Assembly (NCBI GenBank): GCA_028279275.1 | Contig: JANQOB010000020.1 | Coordinates: 1,890 to 65,889 of the forward strand | DNA: 64,000 nt | Source of the DNA: Gammaproteobacteria bacterium | GTDB taxonomy: Bacteria; Pseudomonadota; Gammaproteobacteria; UBA4575 | Reading direction: 5' to 3' | Shown here: positions 40,668-50,155 of the stretch, piece by piece | Position numbering within the stretch: the first letter of the stretch is position 1 | How the letters are laid out: every line of letters starts with the position of its first letter | Made by a program: the position numbers and the translations under genes | Notes under the pieces: generated by a model | What the model was told of the DNA's origin: nothing | Database searches by the model: none | What the model saw: only the letters and a program-made list of their open reading frames with translations

Positions 40668-41219
40668 GTCGGTTGTTTTAGCATCAAGCTGAGTGTTGGT
40701 GAAATATTTCGTTATCAGTAATGCTAATGGGAAAAATAAACCCCACTCGATGAAATAAAACATAAATGTTATCCATATAGGCTCAGCAAAATGTAGTGCG
40801 CCTAATATATGTCCAAGGAGATAACTCAAACTACCTCCTAGTGCACCTGCTATGGAGGCGATCTTCAAGTTTTTACGTAACCAGTACAGGCTATAAGGCA
40901 CCATGAGAGCAAAAACAAACCACAATACTATTAACCAAGCAGGTATAGGTAAATGTTGATTTGTAAATTCTGGGAAAGATAAGAGATTAAATTGGGTGAA
41001 TATGCTGTCAATAGCAATGCCTAATAATCCAACAATGAGCATTATTTTCAAGTCACGTATTCGCAACTTGCTAAATATGAAGTGAGCGACGATGTATGCT
41101 AAACCAACATAAACACCCAGTAGTGGTAATGCATGTGTTGCACCATATGCACAAGCAGCCCACGTAACTTGCAAACCAGTAAAATTAAAAATCAAAAAAG
41201 CTAGGTGTTTACTAATCAT
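40656..41219 (-). CDS. DUF2878 membrane protein
   Basis: [11 protein letters not shown] and GGSLSYLLG motifs; last gene of the cfa cluster. Confidence 0.8.
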   Translation of the reverse strand: MISKHLAFLIFNFTGLQVTWAACAYGATHALPLLGVYVGLAYIVAHFIFSKLRIRDLKIMLIVGLLGIAIDSIFTQFNLLSFPEFTNQHLPIPAWLIVLWFVFALMVPYSLYWLRKNLKIASIAGALGGSLSYLLGHILGALHFAEPIWITFMFYFIEWGLFFPLALLITKYFTNTQLDAKTTDSAF

Positions 41220-42475
41220 TGAAATCGATTTGCAGGTTTTTTTAATACCAGCTGTTGAACATCAATGACTCGTTCCTCAAAGCCCGCTTGGCAATATTTA
41301 AGATAATATTCCCATAAGCGGATAAAGGCATGGCCGTAGCCGAGTTCTAAAACTTTTTCTTTATTATTAATAAATCGTTGATACCAAATTTCTAGGGTTT
41401 TGCCATAACTAGCGGCATAGCTTTCAGAATGAAATAAAGTTAAATCACTATTTTTTGCAATACAGTTAAGCATAGACGACATGCTCGTTAAGCTACCACC
41501 TGGAAATACATATTTACGAATGAAATCCAGTGAATTTTGGTATCGGTCATGAAGATAGTCCGAAATGGTAATCGCTTGAACTAAGAAAGCACCATCTGGT
41601 TTTAATAGCTTGCTGCATATCGCAAAATAATTATCTAAATATTGCTGTCCAACAGATTCAATCATTTCAATAGAAACTAATTTGTCATATTGACCTCGTA
41701 GTGCACGATAGTCTTGTTTCAATATAGTAATCTGTGAACTTAAATTAGCCTGATCAATTTTTTCTACTGCATAATCATATTGTTGGTCTGAAATGGTTGT
41801 AGTAGTTACTTTGCAGCCATAATTTTGTGCAGCATAGATTGCAAAACCTCCCCAACCGCAGCCAATTTCAAGTAAGTGATCTTGAGGCTTTAACTTTAAT
41901 TTTTCGCAAATTATTTTAAGTTTGTTCTCTGCAGCATCTTCAAGTGTGTTATTAACCTCTGTGAAGCAGGCTGATGAATACATCATTTTTTCGTCTAGGA
42001 AAAGCTTATAAAGATCATTGCCGATATCATAATGAGCAAGAATATTGCGTTTAGACCCCCTAGTACTGTTTTTATTAATGGCATGTCCAATTGCGTGAAA
42101 TGGTTTAGCAACCGACGCATAGCCTGATTTAAATGAAAATAATACATCGCGATTCAGGGTAAATACCCGCATTACATTGAGAATATTATCTGAAGTCCAC
42201 CAGCCTTTTACATAAGTATTGCCAGCAGCCGGTTCTCCACCAAATAAGATTTCGTTAAAGGCTTGAATATTATGAACGCGAATAACGGCATGCAATTCAC
42301 TTTGCATGGTTTTATCACCAAAATCATAAACCATTTCGTCTACATAAATTTGTAGATACCCGTGTTCAATAAGATCAAGTTTTTTAAATAAAATACTTTT
42401 CGCAAATTGACTTAGCCAACTTATTTCATGTTGAATGGTGTTGTTATTAGTTTTATGTTTTGGAATTATCGACAT
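41216..42475 (-). CDS. cfa: Cyclopropane-fatty-acyl-phospholipid synthase family methyltransferase
   Basis: NILAHYDIGND, MMYSSA, LEIGCGWG, SIEMIE, YVFPGG and WEYYL motifs. Confidence 0.93.
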   Translation of the reverse strand: MSIIPKHKTNNNTIQHEISWLSQFAKSILFKKLDLIEHGYLQIYVDEMVYDFGDKTMQSELHAVIRVHNIQAFNEILFGGEPAAGNTYVKGWWTSDNILNVMRVFTLNRDVLFSFKSGYASVAKPFHAIGHAINKNSTRGSKRNILAHYDIGNDLYKLFLDEKMMYSSACFTEVNNTLEDAAENKLKIICEKLKLKPQDHLLEIGCGWGGFAIYAAQNYGCKVTTTTISDQQYDYAVEKIDQANLSSQITILKQDYRALRGQYDKLVSIEMIESVGQQYLDNYFAICSKLLKPDGAFLVQAITISDYLHDRYQNSLDFIRKYVFPGGSLTSMSSMLNCIAKNSDLTLFHSESYAASYGKTLEIWYQRFINNKEKVLELGYGHAFIRLWEYYLKYCQAGFEERVIDVQQLVLKKPANRFQ

Positions 42476-42484
42476 AAGTAAATC

Positions 42485-43225
42485 CTACTGGTGTTTGGGG
42501 TGGGGTACGTATTGAATTCCTTTCATCCATAGTTTTAGAGCTTCAAAATGGATCATTGCTGTAACTTTTAATGTCATTAAGGGGAAATTAAATAAAACAC
42601 TCCTTAAGTTCTTGGCGTTTAAATTAACTTGATCTAAAAATATAGAAGCATCAAAGACTTTCTCATCCTTTTCCCAATTTTCGATATGTATTTTCATATG
42701 CTCGTCAGGTTTTTGTATTTTCCATCGATATTGCATATCCATATTAAGAAAAGGAGAGACGTGGAATTCTTTTTGGTGAGTAGAGGTTATTGTCTCGTTA
42801 TTTTGTTGATTAGAAATCACATAGCAATGTTGTTCTTTCCATGGGGTGTTCATAACTTCGGCAACTACATGAGTAAGTTCTTCACCTGACTTGTCATAAC
42901 AGAAATAAACACTAAGCGGATTAAATACGTATCCGAAATAACGAAAATGAGTCAATAATCGAATTGGACCAGATACACTATCACCCGTTTTTTGATATAT
43001 AAGCTCACGTATCGAGTCCGCCAAGTTTGCGTTTTTACCATGATGATCTTTGCGATAAAAAGAAGCTAAATTAGGCTTATTGACAGACCACAATAAGAAT
43101 TTGTCAAAAAGGGTGGGCAGCTCATCTAAGTCCACATACATCATAAATAATGAATATGTGAACCCGTGAGCGCGAGGGGAATAGCGCTGATGGCTAACTT
43201 GCCCTTTGTAAATACAGCTCTTCAT
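42485..43225 (-). CDS. DUF1365 family protein
   Basis: GQVSHQR, FNPLSVYFC, AEVMNTPW, KEFHVSPF and IHFEALKLW motifs. Confidence 0.92.
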   Translation of the reverse strand: MKSCIYKGQVSHQRYSPRAHGFTYSLFMMYVDLDELPTLFDKFLLWSVNKPNLASFYRKDHHGKNANLADSIRELIYQKTGDSVSGPIRLLTHFRYFGYVFNPLSVYFCYDKSGEELTHVVAEVMNTPWKEQHCYVISNQQNNETITSTHQKEFHVSPFLNMDMQYRWKIQKPDEHMKIHIENWEKDEKVFDASIFLDQVNLNAKNLRSVLFNFPLMTLKVTAMIHFEALKLWMKGIQYVPHPKHQ

Positions 43226-44471
43226 CGTTCAAGTGTTGATTAAATTGATTCACAGAATGCATAGCACTCCATACCCCATCTTCATGAAAACCATTTCGCC
43301 AGTAGGCTCCACAAAACCATGTGTTTTGTTGACCATTTATATCCGTTAATTGTCTCTGCGCATGAATAGCGGGATGGTCAAATATCGGGTGCATATATTG
43401 GATTGTTTTTAGTATTTTTGAATCATCAATTCCTTGGTTAGGATTTAAAGTTACAAAATAGTCTTGATCACAGCTCAAATTTTGTAGACGGTTCATATAA
43501 TAGGTTACATTTACAAATTCATTTTTCTTTTTGGGTACAGAGTAATTCCAGGATGACCAGGCACTTTTTCGTCTTGGCATAGCATTATTGTCTGTATGGA
43601 GTACCGCAATATTTTCTTGATACTTTATATTACTTAAGACATTTTTTTCTATAGGGCTCGCTTGATCAAATAATTTTAGTGCTTGATCACTATGACAGGC
43701 CAAAAAAATATGATCAAAATATTCAGGTGCTCTGCCTTTGGCAAATACTTCTACTCTTCTTGCAACACGTTTTATGTTTTCAACAGGTGTATTTATATGT
43801 ATCTTGTTTGCAAAAGGTTTTATAAGTTGTTTTACATATTGTTTTGAGCCACCTACAATTGTTTTCCACTGCGGGCGTTGTTTCAAGTTTAGTAAACCAT
43901 GATTTTTAAAGAAAGCTAAAAAACTTTTTGCTGGATATTTATTGATCTTTTCAGTATCACAAGACCATATCGCAGCGCCCATTGGCAAGATATAATATTT
44001 AATAAAAGCCGAACTGAATTTGTGGGTAGCTAAAAATTCACCAAGCGTAAGTTGACCTTGGCCTTGGTTTAAAAACTCCAGTGCAAGATCTTTAAAACGT
44101 ACTACATCGTAAAATATTTGGTAAGGTTCGTGTTTTTTCCAGTTATCACGGTTGAAAATTAAACTTTTCAATCCACTCCCGGACCATTCGAAGCCAGTTT
44201 TTTCACATTTAACCGAGAAACTCATTTCGGAATCTTGAATTTTTACATCTAGGTTCTCAATTAGCTTTTCAAAATTTGGATAAGTCCAATCATTAAAAAC
44301 AATGAAGCCTGTATCAACCGCAACAGGATGGTTCTCAGCATAAAGTTCGATGGTATTTACATGCCCGCCTATATAACTCCCTGATTCATATATAGTGATG
44401 TCATGTTGATTGTGGAGTAGGTGTGCAGCAGTTAAGCCAGATATACCCGAACCTATAATTGCAATCTTCAT
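43194..44471 (-). CDS. FAD-dependent oxidoreductase (COG2907-like; fatty-acid desaturase-like)
   Basis: GSGISG, GGH, VDTGFIVFN..TYPN and CGAYWRNGFHEDG motifs. Confidence 0.92.
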   Translation of the reverse strand: MKIAIIGSGISGLTAAHLLHNQHDITIYESGSYIGGHVNTIELYAENHPVAVDTGFIVFNDWTYPNFEKLIENLDVKIQDSEMSFSVKCEKTGFEWSGSGLKSLIFNRDNWKKHEPYQIFYDVVRFKDLALEFLNQGQGQLTLGEFLATHKFSSAFIKYYILPMGAAIWSCDTEKINKYPAKSFLAFFKNHGLLNLKQRPQWKTIVGGSKQYVKQLIKPFANKIHINTPVENIKRVARRVEVFAKGRAPEYFDHIFLACHSDQALKLFDQASPIEKNVLSNIKYQENIAVLHTDNNAMPRRKSAWSSWNYSVPKKKNEFVNVTYYMNRLQNLSCDQDYFVTLNPNQGIDDSKILKTIQYMHPIFDHPAIHAQRQLTDINGQQNTWFCGAYWRNGFHEDGVWSAMHSVNQFNQHLNDEELYLQRAS

Positions 44472-44482
44472 ATGAGTTATTT

Positions 44483-45268
44483 CTATTTTCGTAAAATTGT
44501 TTTAGCAAGTAACTTGCTAAGAATTGGGTTAGGTAAAGATGCAATAAATTTCAGTGTTAAACTAAAACGTTTTGGAAAATGGATTTCTTGTTTATTAGCG
44601 GCTATTCCACTCAAAATATATTCTGCCGAGCGCGCCGCTGAGATTAGTGCAGGCATGTCGAAGTCATTCTTAGCAGTAAGCTCAGTTTCTACGAAACCCG
44701 GACAAATCACCGATGCTTGAATATTTTGAGGTTGTAAGCTTATGCGTAATGCTGCAAACATATTGCGTATAGCTGCTTTAGTAGCACCATATGCTTCTGA
44801 TCGTGGTAATCCGAGATACGCTGCAGTGCTGCTCATTCCTACGAGTTGTGCAGAATCTGATTTCTTTAGTAAGGGCAAACCTGCTTCGATACCATAAACC
44901 ATGCTCATAAAGTTTGTATTCATTTGTCTATAAAACAATTCACTATCAAAATTATCTATATCTACGTATTCACAATTTCCGGCGTTAAGTATTGCGATAT
45001 CTAAACGATTTGCTTTTTTGTTTATCGTTTCAATAATCTCCTGATTAGTGTCTTTTGATGTGAGATCACCAGCAACAATTTCAATATTGTTTTTGTTTTC
45101 ACACTGTTCAAATGTCTCTTGTAGCTTTTCTGATGAGCGAGAAGTGATGAATAGACGACATTGAATATTTGAAAGCGCAATCACTAATGCACGCCCGATA
45201 CCGGACGAGGCGCCAGTTATCCAAATCACTTTATTTTCAAAATGATTGAGTACTTTGCTAGATAGCAT
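44483..45268 (-). CDS. Short-chain dehydrogenase/reductase of the cfa cluster
   Basis: TGASSGIG, NAG, YGATK and PGFVET motifs. Confidence 0.92.
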   Translation of the reverse strand: MLSSKVLNHFENKVIWITGASSGIGRALVIALSNIQCRLFITSRSSEKLQETFEQCENKNNIEIVAGDLTSKDTNQEIIETINKKANRLDIAILNAGNCEYVDIDNFDSELFYRQMNTNFMSMVYGIEAGLPLLKKSDSAQLVGMSSTAAYLGLPRSEAYGATKAAIRNMFAALRISLQPQNIQASVICPGFVETELTAKNDFDMPALISAARSAEYILSGIAANKQEIHFPKRFSLTLKFIASLPNPILSKLLAKTILRK

Positions 45269-45683
45269 TACGTACCTTTTTTATTATAGAACCTAGCACA
45301 GGAATATGTTCGTATACTAGTGCGCCAAGATCATAATAATCTCGATGACTACATACTTTATTGTCTTTAAATTCAATAAACGATGCTCCATCGATTTCTA
45401 TCATCTTATTGCTAGCAATTTTTTTATGCTGAAAACGCATTAACCACTCTATGGAATGTTCGTGACTGTTGGGTGTATGGCTTTTTAAGGTAAAATTACA
45501 AGAAGTGAGACTTGTATATAGACCTTCAAAATACTTTGTTAAATTTTCTAATCCGTTAATTGTTTTGATAGGGTCAGTAAAAACAATATCTTCAGTATAA
45601 ATTTCAGACAAAACATGTTGAGCATTTGAGCGCTCAATTGAATTGATATCAGAGACGAATTTTTTGATTTGGGAAACCTTCAT
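45258..45683 (-). CDS. NTF2/SnoaL-like protein
   Basis: IYTEDIVFTDP ... HRDYYDLGALVYEHIP. Confidence 0.88.
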   Translation of the reverse strand: MKVSQIKKFVSDINSIERSNAQHVLSEIYTEDIVFTDPIKTINGLENLTKYFEGLYTSLTSCNFTLKSHTPNSHEHSIEWLMRFQHKKIASNKMIEIDGASFIEFKDNKVCSHRDYYDLGALVYEHIPVLGSIIKKVRNAI

Positions 45684-46243
45684 GAGCTGCCTTCTTCTTT
45701 TAAGATAAATACAATTACTTCACCAACATTTAAGCCAAATTTTTTGACCGCCGCTTGACTGATCACTGCATTTTCGTCTATCTGATATATCCAGTCTTGT
45801 AAATGCACTTGAATTTGTTTTCCTTCGGACTCAAATAACAAGTCATAATTCCAGTTGAAAGCGAAACCCTCTTGGGTGCCTGTTGCTTTGCCTACAACAT
45901 CGCTAGCAGTGCCAGTGTTAATGTTATTTTCTAATTTGCTTAAATACCAAGTTCTTTCTTGTGTCCTGCCATCTGCATAAGTGAATAACTCATAAAGCAC
46001 ACCTTTATCACCGCTCCAGGTACCATTCATGTCTACAGCAAAACGCTGGGTGACTTTTCCTTGATAATTCTTGATTAAGCCCCAACCTTTCAGATCCCCA
46101 TTGAAAAATGTTTTTAAGTCAAACTCAGGCGTAGTGTTTTTATAGTCACTCGGAGTGGTTCCACAACCAGTAAGCAATGATAAAAACAACGTATATATGA
46201 AAAGTATAGTCAGCTTTGACTTTGCGGTTTTAGGCATTTTCAC
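45680..46243 (-). CDS. DUF3833 lipoprotein
   Basis: LTGC lipobox; FDLKTFFNG, RTW, DVVG, DW and KFG motifs. Confidence 0.88.
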   Translation of the reverse strand: MKMPKTAKSKLTILFIYTLFLSLLTGCGTTPSDYKNTTPEFDLKTFFNGDLKGWGLIKNYQGKVTQRFAVDMNGTWSGDKGVLYELFTYADGRTQERTWYLSKLENNINTGTASDVVGKATGTQEGFAFNWNYDLLFESEGKQIQVHLQDWIYQIDENAVISQAAVKKFGLNVGEVIVFILKEEGSS

Positions 46244-46808
46244 CTAGCAGCTCCTTACGATTTTTTTTAAAACGTGAATTCTTATCTAACCAGATTGCTA
46301 AAAATGCAGAACCAAAATTTGGATCATCAATAGTTCCTAAGATTCGGTCTTGATTATAAAAAGTACTTTTACCATCTGGTGTTGTCACAAAAACTAATTG
46401 ATCACCTTTATTCACATCAGGCCATATATTTTCAAGTATCACTAACCATGCATCCAAGGGGTATTGCTCATCAAATCCTAATCTTAGCCATTCTTTTTTT
46501 GTACTAGACAATAATTTTTGTGCATAGATTTTTCGCGCATACGTAATACTTAGTGCACGTGTATTGTTGATTAACAAATCATTTGAATCTTTACTGTTTG
46601 ATGAATAATCACTTATCCAGTACGTTGAGTCATATATATGAAATCCAAAGCGATGTAATCTAGTTTGTCCGACTAGTTCAAAGTTTTGCCACTTTTGCAT
46701 TACATTTTCAGGCAGAGGGCTGAGAATCCTCTCACTCGTTGCCCAGGCTGATGGTATATAAAACATCCACACTATGAGTAGTGAATATAGAAATAATTTA
46801 CGGCGCAT
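46230..46808 (-). CDS. Chalcone-isomerase-like (fatty-acid-binding) secreted protein
   Basis: FGFHIYD, ITYARKI, IWPDV..GD and FLAIWL motifs. Confidence 0.85.
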   Translation of the reverse strand: MRRKLFLYSLLIVWMFYIPSAWATSERILSPLPENVMQKWQNFELVGQTRLHRFGFHIYDSTYWISDYSSNSKDSNDLLINNTRALSITYARKIYAQKLLSSTKKEWLRLGFDEQYPLDAWLVILENIWPDVNKGDQLVFVTTPDGKSTFYNQDRILGTIDDPNFGSAFLAIWLDKNSRFKKNRKELLGENA

Positions 46809-46940
46809 AATTGTATTAGTCGTATGAATATCTGATCAGTATGTAACTACCCACATAAACTAGACCTTAAGAAATTATTAAATATTTGTAATCTATGAGT
46901 GTTTGGCAAAAGTTATCTAGCCAGTATTATGGGCTTCATT

Positions 46941-47618
46941 ATGAGAATCCTTTGTATAGAAGATGACCAAGAACTACTTGACTACGTAAGCAAGGGCCTG
47001 AAAGAAGTTGGCCATATTGTAGATACGGCTACGGATGGTAATGATGGTGTATTGCTAAGTAGCACCGAGCAATATGACGTAATCCTGGTGGATCGTATGC
47101 TCCCAAATGTAGACGGTCTCACTATTATAAAAATGTTGCGTGGTGCAGGAAATTTAACACCTATTCTAATTTTTAGCGCATTAGGTGAAGTGGATGATCG
47201 TGTTAAAGGATTAAGGGCGGGAGGAGACGACTATCTAGTAAAGCCTTTTGCTTTTTCTGAGCTGCTCGCAAGAATTGAGGCACTGAACCGACGCGACAAA
47301 AAATCAGCAGATACTGAAACTAGTCTAAAAGCCCATGATATTGAGCTTGATTTGCTCACTCGAAAAGTAAAACGCGGTAGCGAGGAGATTGCTCTGCAAG
47401 CAACAGAGTTTCGTTTACTTGAATACTTACTTAGACACAAAGGGCAAGTTGTTACTCGCACCATGTTGCTCGAATATGTTTGGGATTATCATTTTGACCC
47501 TCAGACAAACGTGATAGATGTGCACATTAGTCGTTTGCGGCAAAAAATTGGCAAAGATACCGGAAATCAAATTATCAAAACCATGCGCGGTGCAGGCTAC
47601 ATTATTGACGATGATTAA
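46941..47618 (+). CDS. OmpR-family response regulator
   Basis: MRILCIEDD, DRMLP, GGDDYLVKPF and TNVIDVHISRLR motifs; ATG 46941 preferred over the GTG at 46899. Confidence 0.95.
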   Translation: MRILCIEDDQELLDYVSKGLKEVGHIVDTATDGNDGVLLSSTEQYDVILVDRMLPNVDGLTIIKMLRGAGNLTPILIFSALGEVDDRVKGLRAGGDDYLVKPFAFSELLARIEALNRRDKKSADTETSLKAHDIELDLLTRKVKRGSEEIALQATEFRLLEYLLRHKGQVVTRTMLLEYVWDYHFDPQTNVIDVHISRLRQKIGKDTGNQIIKTMRGAGYIIDDD

Positions 47619-48648
47619 TGAAAATAAATCACGCGATTATAAAAAAAGCTCGAGCTTCAAGGTTGCAACACTGTTTGCGTTTTTATTGGCAATTGCCATT
47701 ACAACACTAAGTATTTCTATATATTTATTTGTTCAACAATCTGATTATCAATCAGTAAGTCATCTCGTAATTATTTTAAGCGCTGTAAGTATTCTATCTT
47801 TAATCGCGATGGGTGTAATTGGCTATTTGATTAGTGTGTTTGTGGTAACAAGAATTAACCGCATTGCCGATACCGCGCAAGAAATTATTTCTACCGGTGA
47901 TTTAACCAAACGCATTGAAATTGATTCACGTTGGGATGATCTAAGTTTTTTGGGTGATGTTTTAAATGAAATGTTACAAAAAATTGAAATATTGATGGAA
48001 GGTGTACAGCACATTACTGACACCGTAGCACATGATTTACGTACTCCACTTGCCAGATTGCGAAATAAATTAGAGCATGCCTCTTTACAGGCAGATTTAA
48101 TTCAGAGTGATGAGGAAAAAACCGAACTTGTTAAAGATGTTGATAATTTATTAAAAACATTTAATTCTTTATTGAGTTTATCCAGTTTAGAATCTGGACG
48201 ACAAGGTCTTAAATTTGAATCATTTGATCTAGATAAGGTTGTCCAAGATGCAGTTGATCTTTATCAGCCTCTAGCAGAAGAAAAAAATCAGAAAATGATC
48301 GTCAATACAAAAGCTATGCAATACGTTGGCAATCGCGACTTAATTTTCCAGGTTATTACGAATTTAATCGATAATGCGATTAAGTTTACCCAAACACAAG
48401 GCACGATTAGTATTAATTTAGAGGAAAATAAAAATGTGCAAAAAATTGTGATTGAGGACAATGGTCCTGGTATTCCCAAGGATTCAATAAATAAAGTATT
48501 TGACCGCTTTTTTCGTGATCAAACGCAGCAACATATAGAAGGCTCTGGTCTTGGGCTTAGCTTAGTAAATGCAGTTTTACATCTTCATAAAGCTTCAATT
48601 CGCTTAGAGGAAAACAGCCCAGGTTTGAAAGTAATAATAGAGCTATAA
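47611..48648 (+). CDS. Sensor histidine kinase with two TMs, a very short loop and a HAMP domain
   Basis: HDLRTPL, NLIDNAIKF, DNGPG and GSGLGL motifs; ATG 47611 overlaps the end of the response regulator. Confidence 0.93.
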   Translation: MINENKSRDYKKSSSFKVATLFAFLLAIAITTLSISIYLFVQQSDYQSVSHLVIILSAVSILSLIAMGVIGYLISVFVVTRINRIADTAQEIISTGDLTKRIEIDSRWDDLSFLGDVLNEMLQKIEILMEGVQHITDTVAHDLRTPLARLRNKLEHASLQADLIQSDEEKTELVKDVDNLLKTFNSLLSLSSLESGRQGLKFESFDLDKVVQDAVDLYQPLAEEKNQKMIVNTKAMQYVGNRDLIFQVITNLIDNAIKFTQTQGTISINLEENKNVQKIVIEDNGPGIPKDSINKVFDRFFRDQTQQHIEGSGLGLSLVNAVLHLHKASIRLEENSPGLKVIIEL

Positions 48649-48660
48649 ACCACTTTATAG

Positions 48661-49410
48661 ATGTCTGAAACTATAGTTATTCAATCTCATCGATTGCCTA
48701 TAACAGAAAATTGGCTGCAAACATGCATAAGTAGCGTGAAAGCATGGGCAGATTTGAACCAATTTCATTATAAATTTATAGATGATAAATTATTTGATTA
48801 TGTTTCGGTAGAATTTGTTGAAAAGACAAAATCTAAGCCTATTATTGCAACAGATTTAGCGCGCTTGAAAGTTCTGCAAGAATTCTTAAAAAAAGGATAT
48901 GAAATAGTTATTTGGTGTGATGCAGATTTTATAATATTTGCACCTGACCATTTTATTTTACCCAATGAATCGTATGCGTTAGGACGTGAGGTTTGGATAC
49001 AAAAAGATAGTAAAAAGTCTAATAAGTTAGTCGCGAATATAAAAGTACATAATGCATTTATGCTATTTCACAAGGAAAATACTTTTTTAGATTTTTATGC
49101 AGAAGTAGCTGAACGTTTAGTTATTCACAATGAGAGCAGTATGCCGCCTCAATTCATTGGTCCTAAACTGCTAACAGCAATTCACAATGTGGTTCAATGC
49201 CCCGTTTTTGAATCGGCTGGCATGTTAAGTCCTTTGGTAGTCAAAGATATTGCTAAAGGTAAGGGTGAAGCTCTGGATTTATTCAAGAAAAAATCCTCAT
49301 ATGAAATTTATGCTGCCAATATGTGTAACTCATTGTTTGGCCGTGATGGGTACAGTGCAAAGATAATTGAAAATTGCTTAAAGGTCTTATTAAGTGAACA
49401 GAGAATATAG
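48661..49410 (+). CDS. Hypothetical protein with a glycosyltransferase-like DxD motif
   Basis: TDLARL ... WCDADF ... FIGPKLL pattern resembling GT-A folds. Confidence 0.6.
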   Translation: MSETIVIQSHRLPITENWLQTCISSVKAWADLNQFHYKFIDDKLFDYVSVEFVEKTKSKPIIATDLARLKVLQEFLKKGYEIVIWCDADFIIFAPDHFILPNESYALGREVWIQKDSKKSNKLVANIKVHNAFMLFHKENTFLDFYAEVAERLVIHNESSMPPQFIGPKLLTAIHNVVQCPVFESAGMLSPLVVKDIAKGKGEALDLFKKKSSYEIYAANMCNSLFGRDGYSAKIIENCLKVLLSEQRI

Positions 49411-49442
49411 TTAAATAATAAATATTGCGTAATATATAAAAG

Positions 49443-50045
49443 ATGATGACTCAAATTCAAAAAATAGCAAATCCTCAGGGTAAGGGCTTAGTAAATGTCG
49501 TAGACGACTTGCGTTCTTACGAACCTATTCATGTTAAAGCTAAATCTGCCCATCAATGGTTAGCAGATTATTTTACCTCTAGTTTGATATTGAGTGCTAA
49601 ATATGGTTTTAAACCTATAGTGGCTAAAGACTACTACTTGTATTTTAAAAATGCCGAGTGGAAGCTAAGTTTGATTGAACCTGAAGCTTGGAAATCTCAT
49701 AGTCCTGGCACTTATTTTGCCACATGCAATCTTAATCCAGACATGAGTTGGAGCATTGAACTTGTGGACGATTGGCAGCAAGATCCCCTATTAGTAAAGA
49801 CTATCTACGAATTAGAAAGTGCTTTTGTAGATTCACTGAATAATGAAAATTTTTTATTGGAAAATCTTCCTTTTTACCTGCAGCACTTATCTTACTATCA
49901 AAGATTATGTGCAAATGCATTGGCACGATCTCTTAAGCAATCATTAGAAATTAAATTAGGGAAAGATAATGCTGGATTGCTTGAGAGCAAAAAAATGCTT
50001 ACAGAATTAGATAGTCAAAAAAAGCTTATATTGAAAAATAACTAA
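49443..50045 (+). CDS. DUF2452-like hypothetical protein
   Basis: AKYGFKPIVAKDYYLY ... LSLIEPEAW ... DMSW. Confidence 0.65.
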   Translation: MMTQIQKIANPQGKGLVNVVDDLRSYEPIHVKAKSAHQWLADYFTSSLILSAKYGFKPIVAKDYYLYFKNAEWKLSLIEPEAWKSHSPGTYFATCNLNPDMSWSIELVDDWQQDPLLVKTIYELESAFVDSLNNENFLLENLPFYLQHLSYYQRLCANALARSLKQSLEIKLGKDNAGLLESKKMLTELDSQKKLILKNN

Positions 50046-50155
50046 CAAATCTTTGTTGCAAATGTGGAGGCTCATGAAAAAGTTTAAGATTCGAGTAAAA
50101 GTAGCCTAAGCATGGTTGATACTTAGTTAAAAAATATCAAGATTCTAGGATGTAT

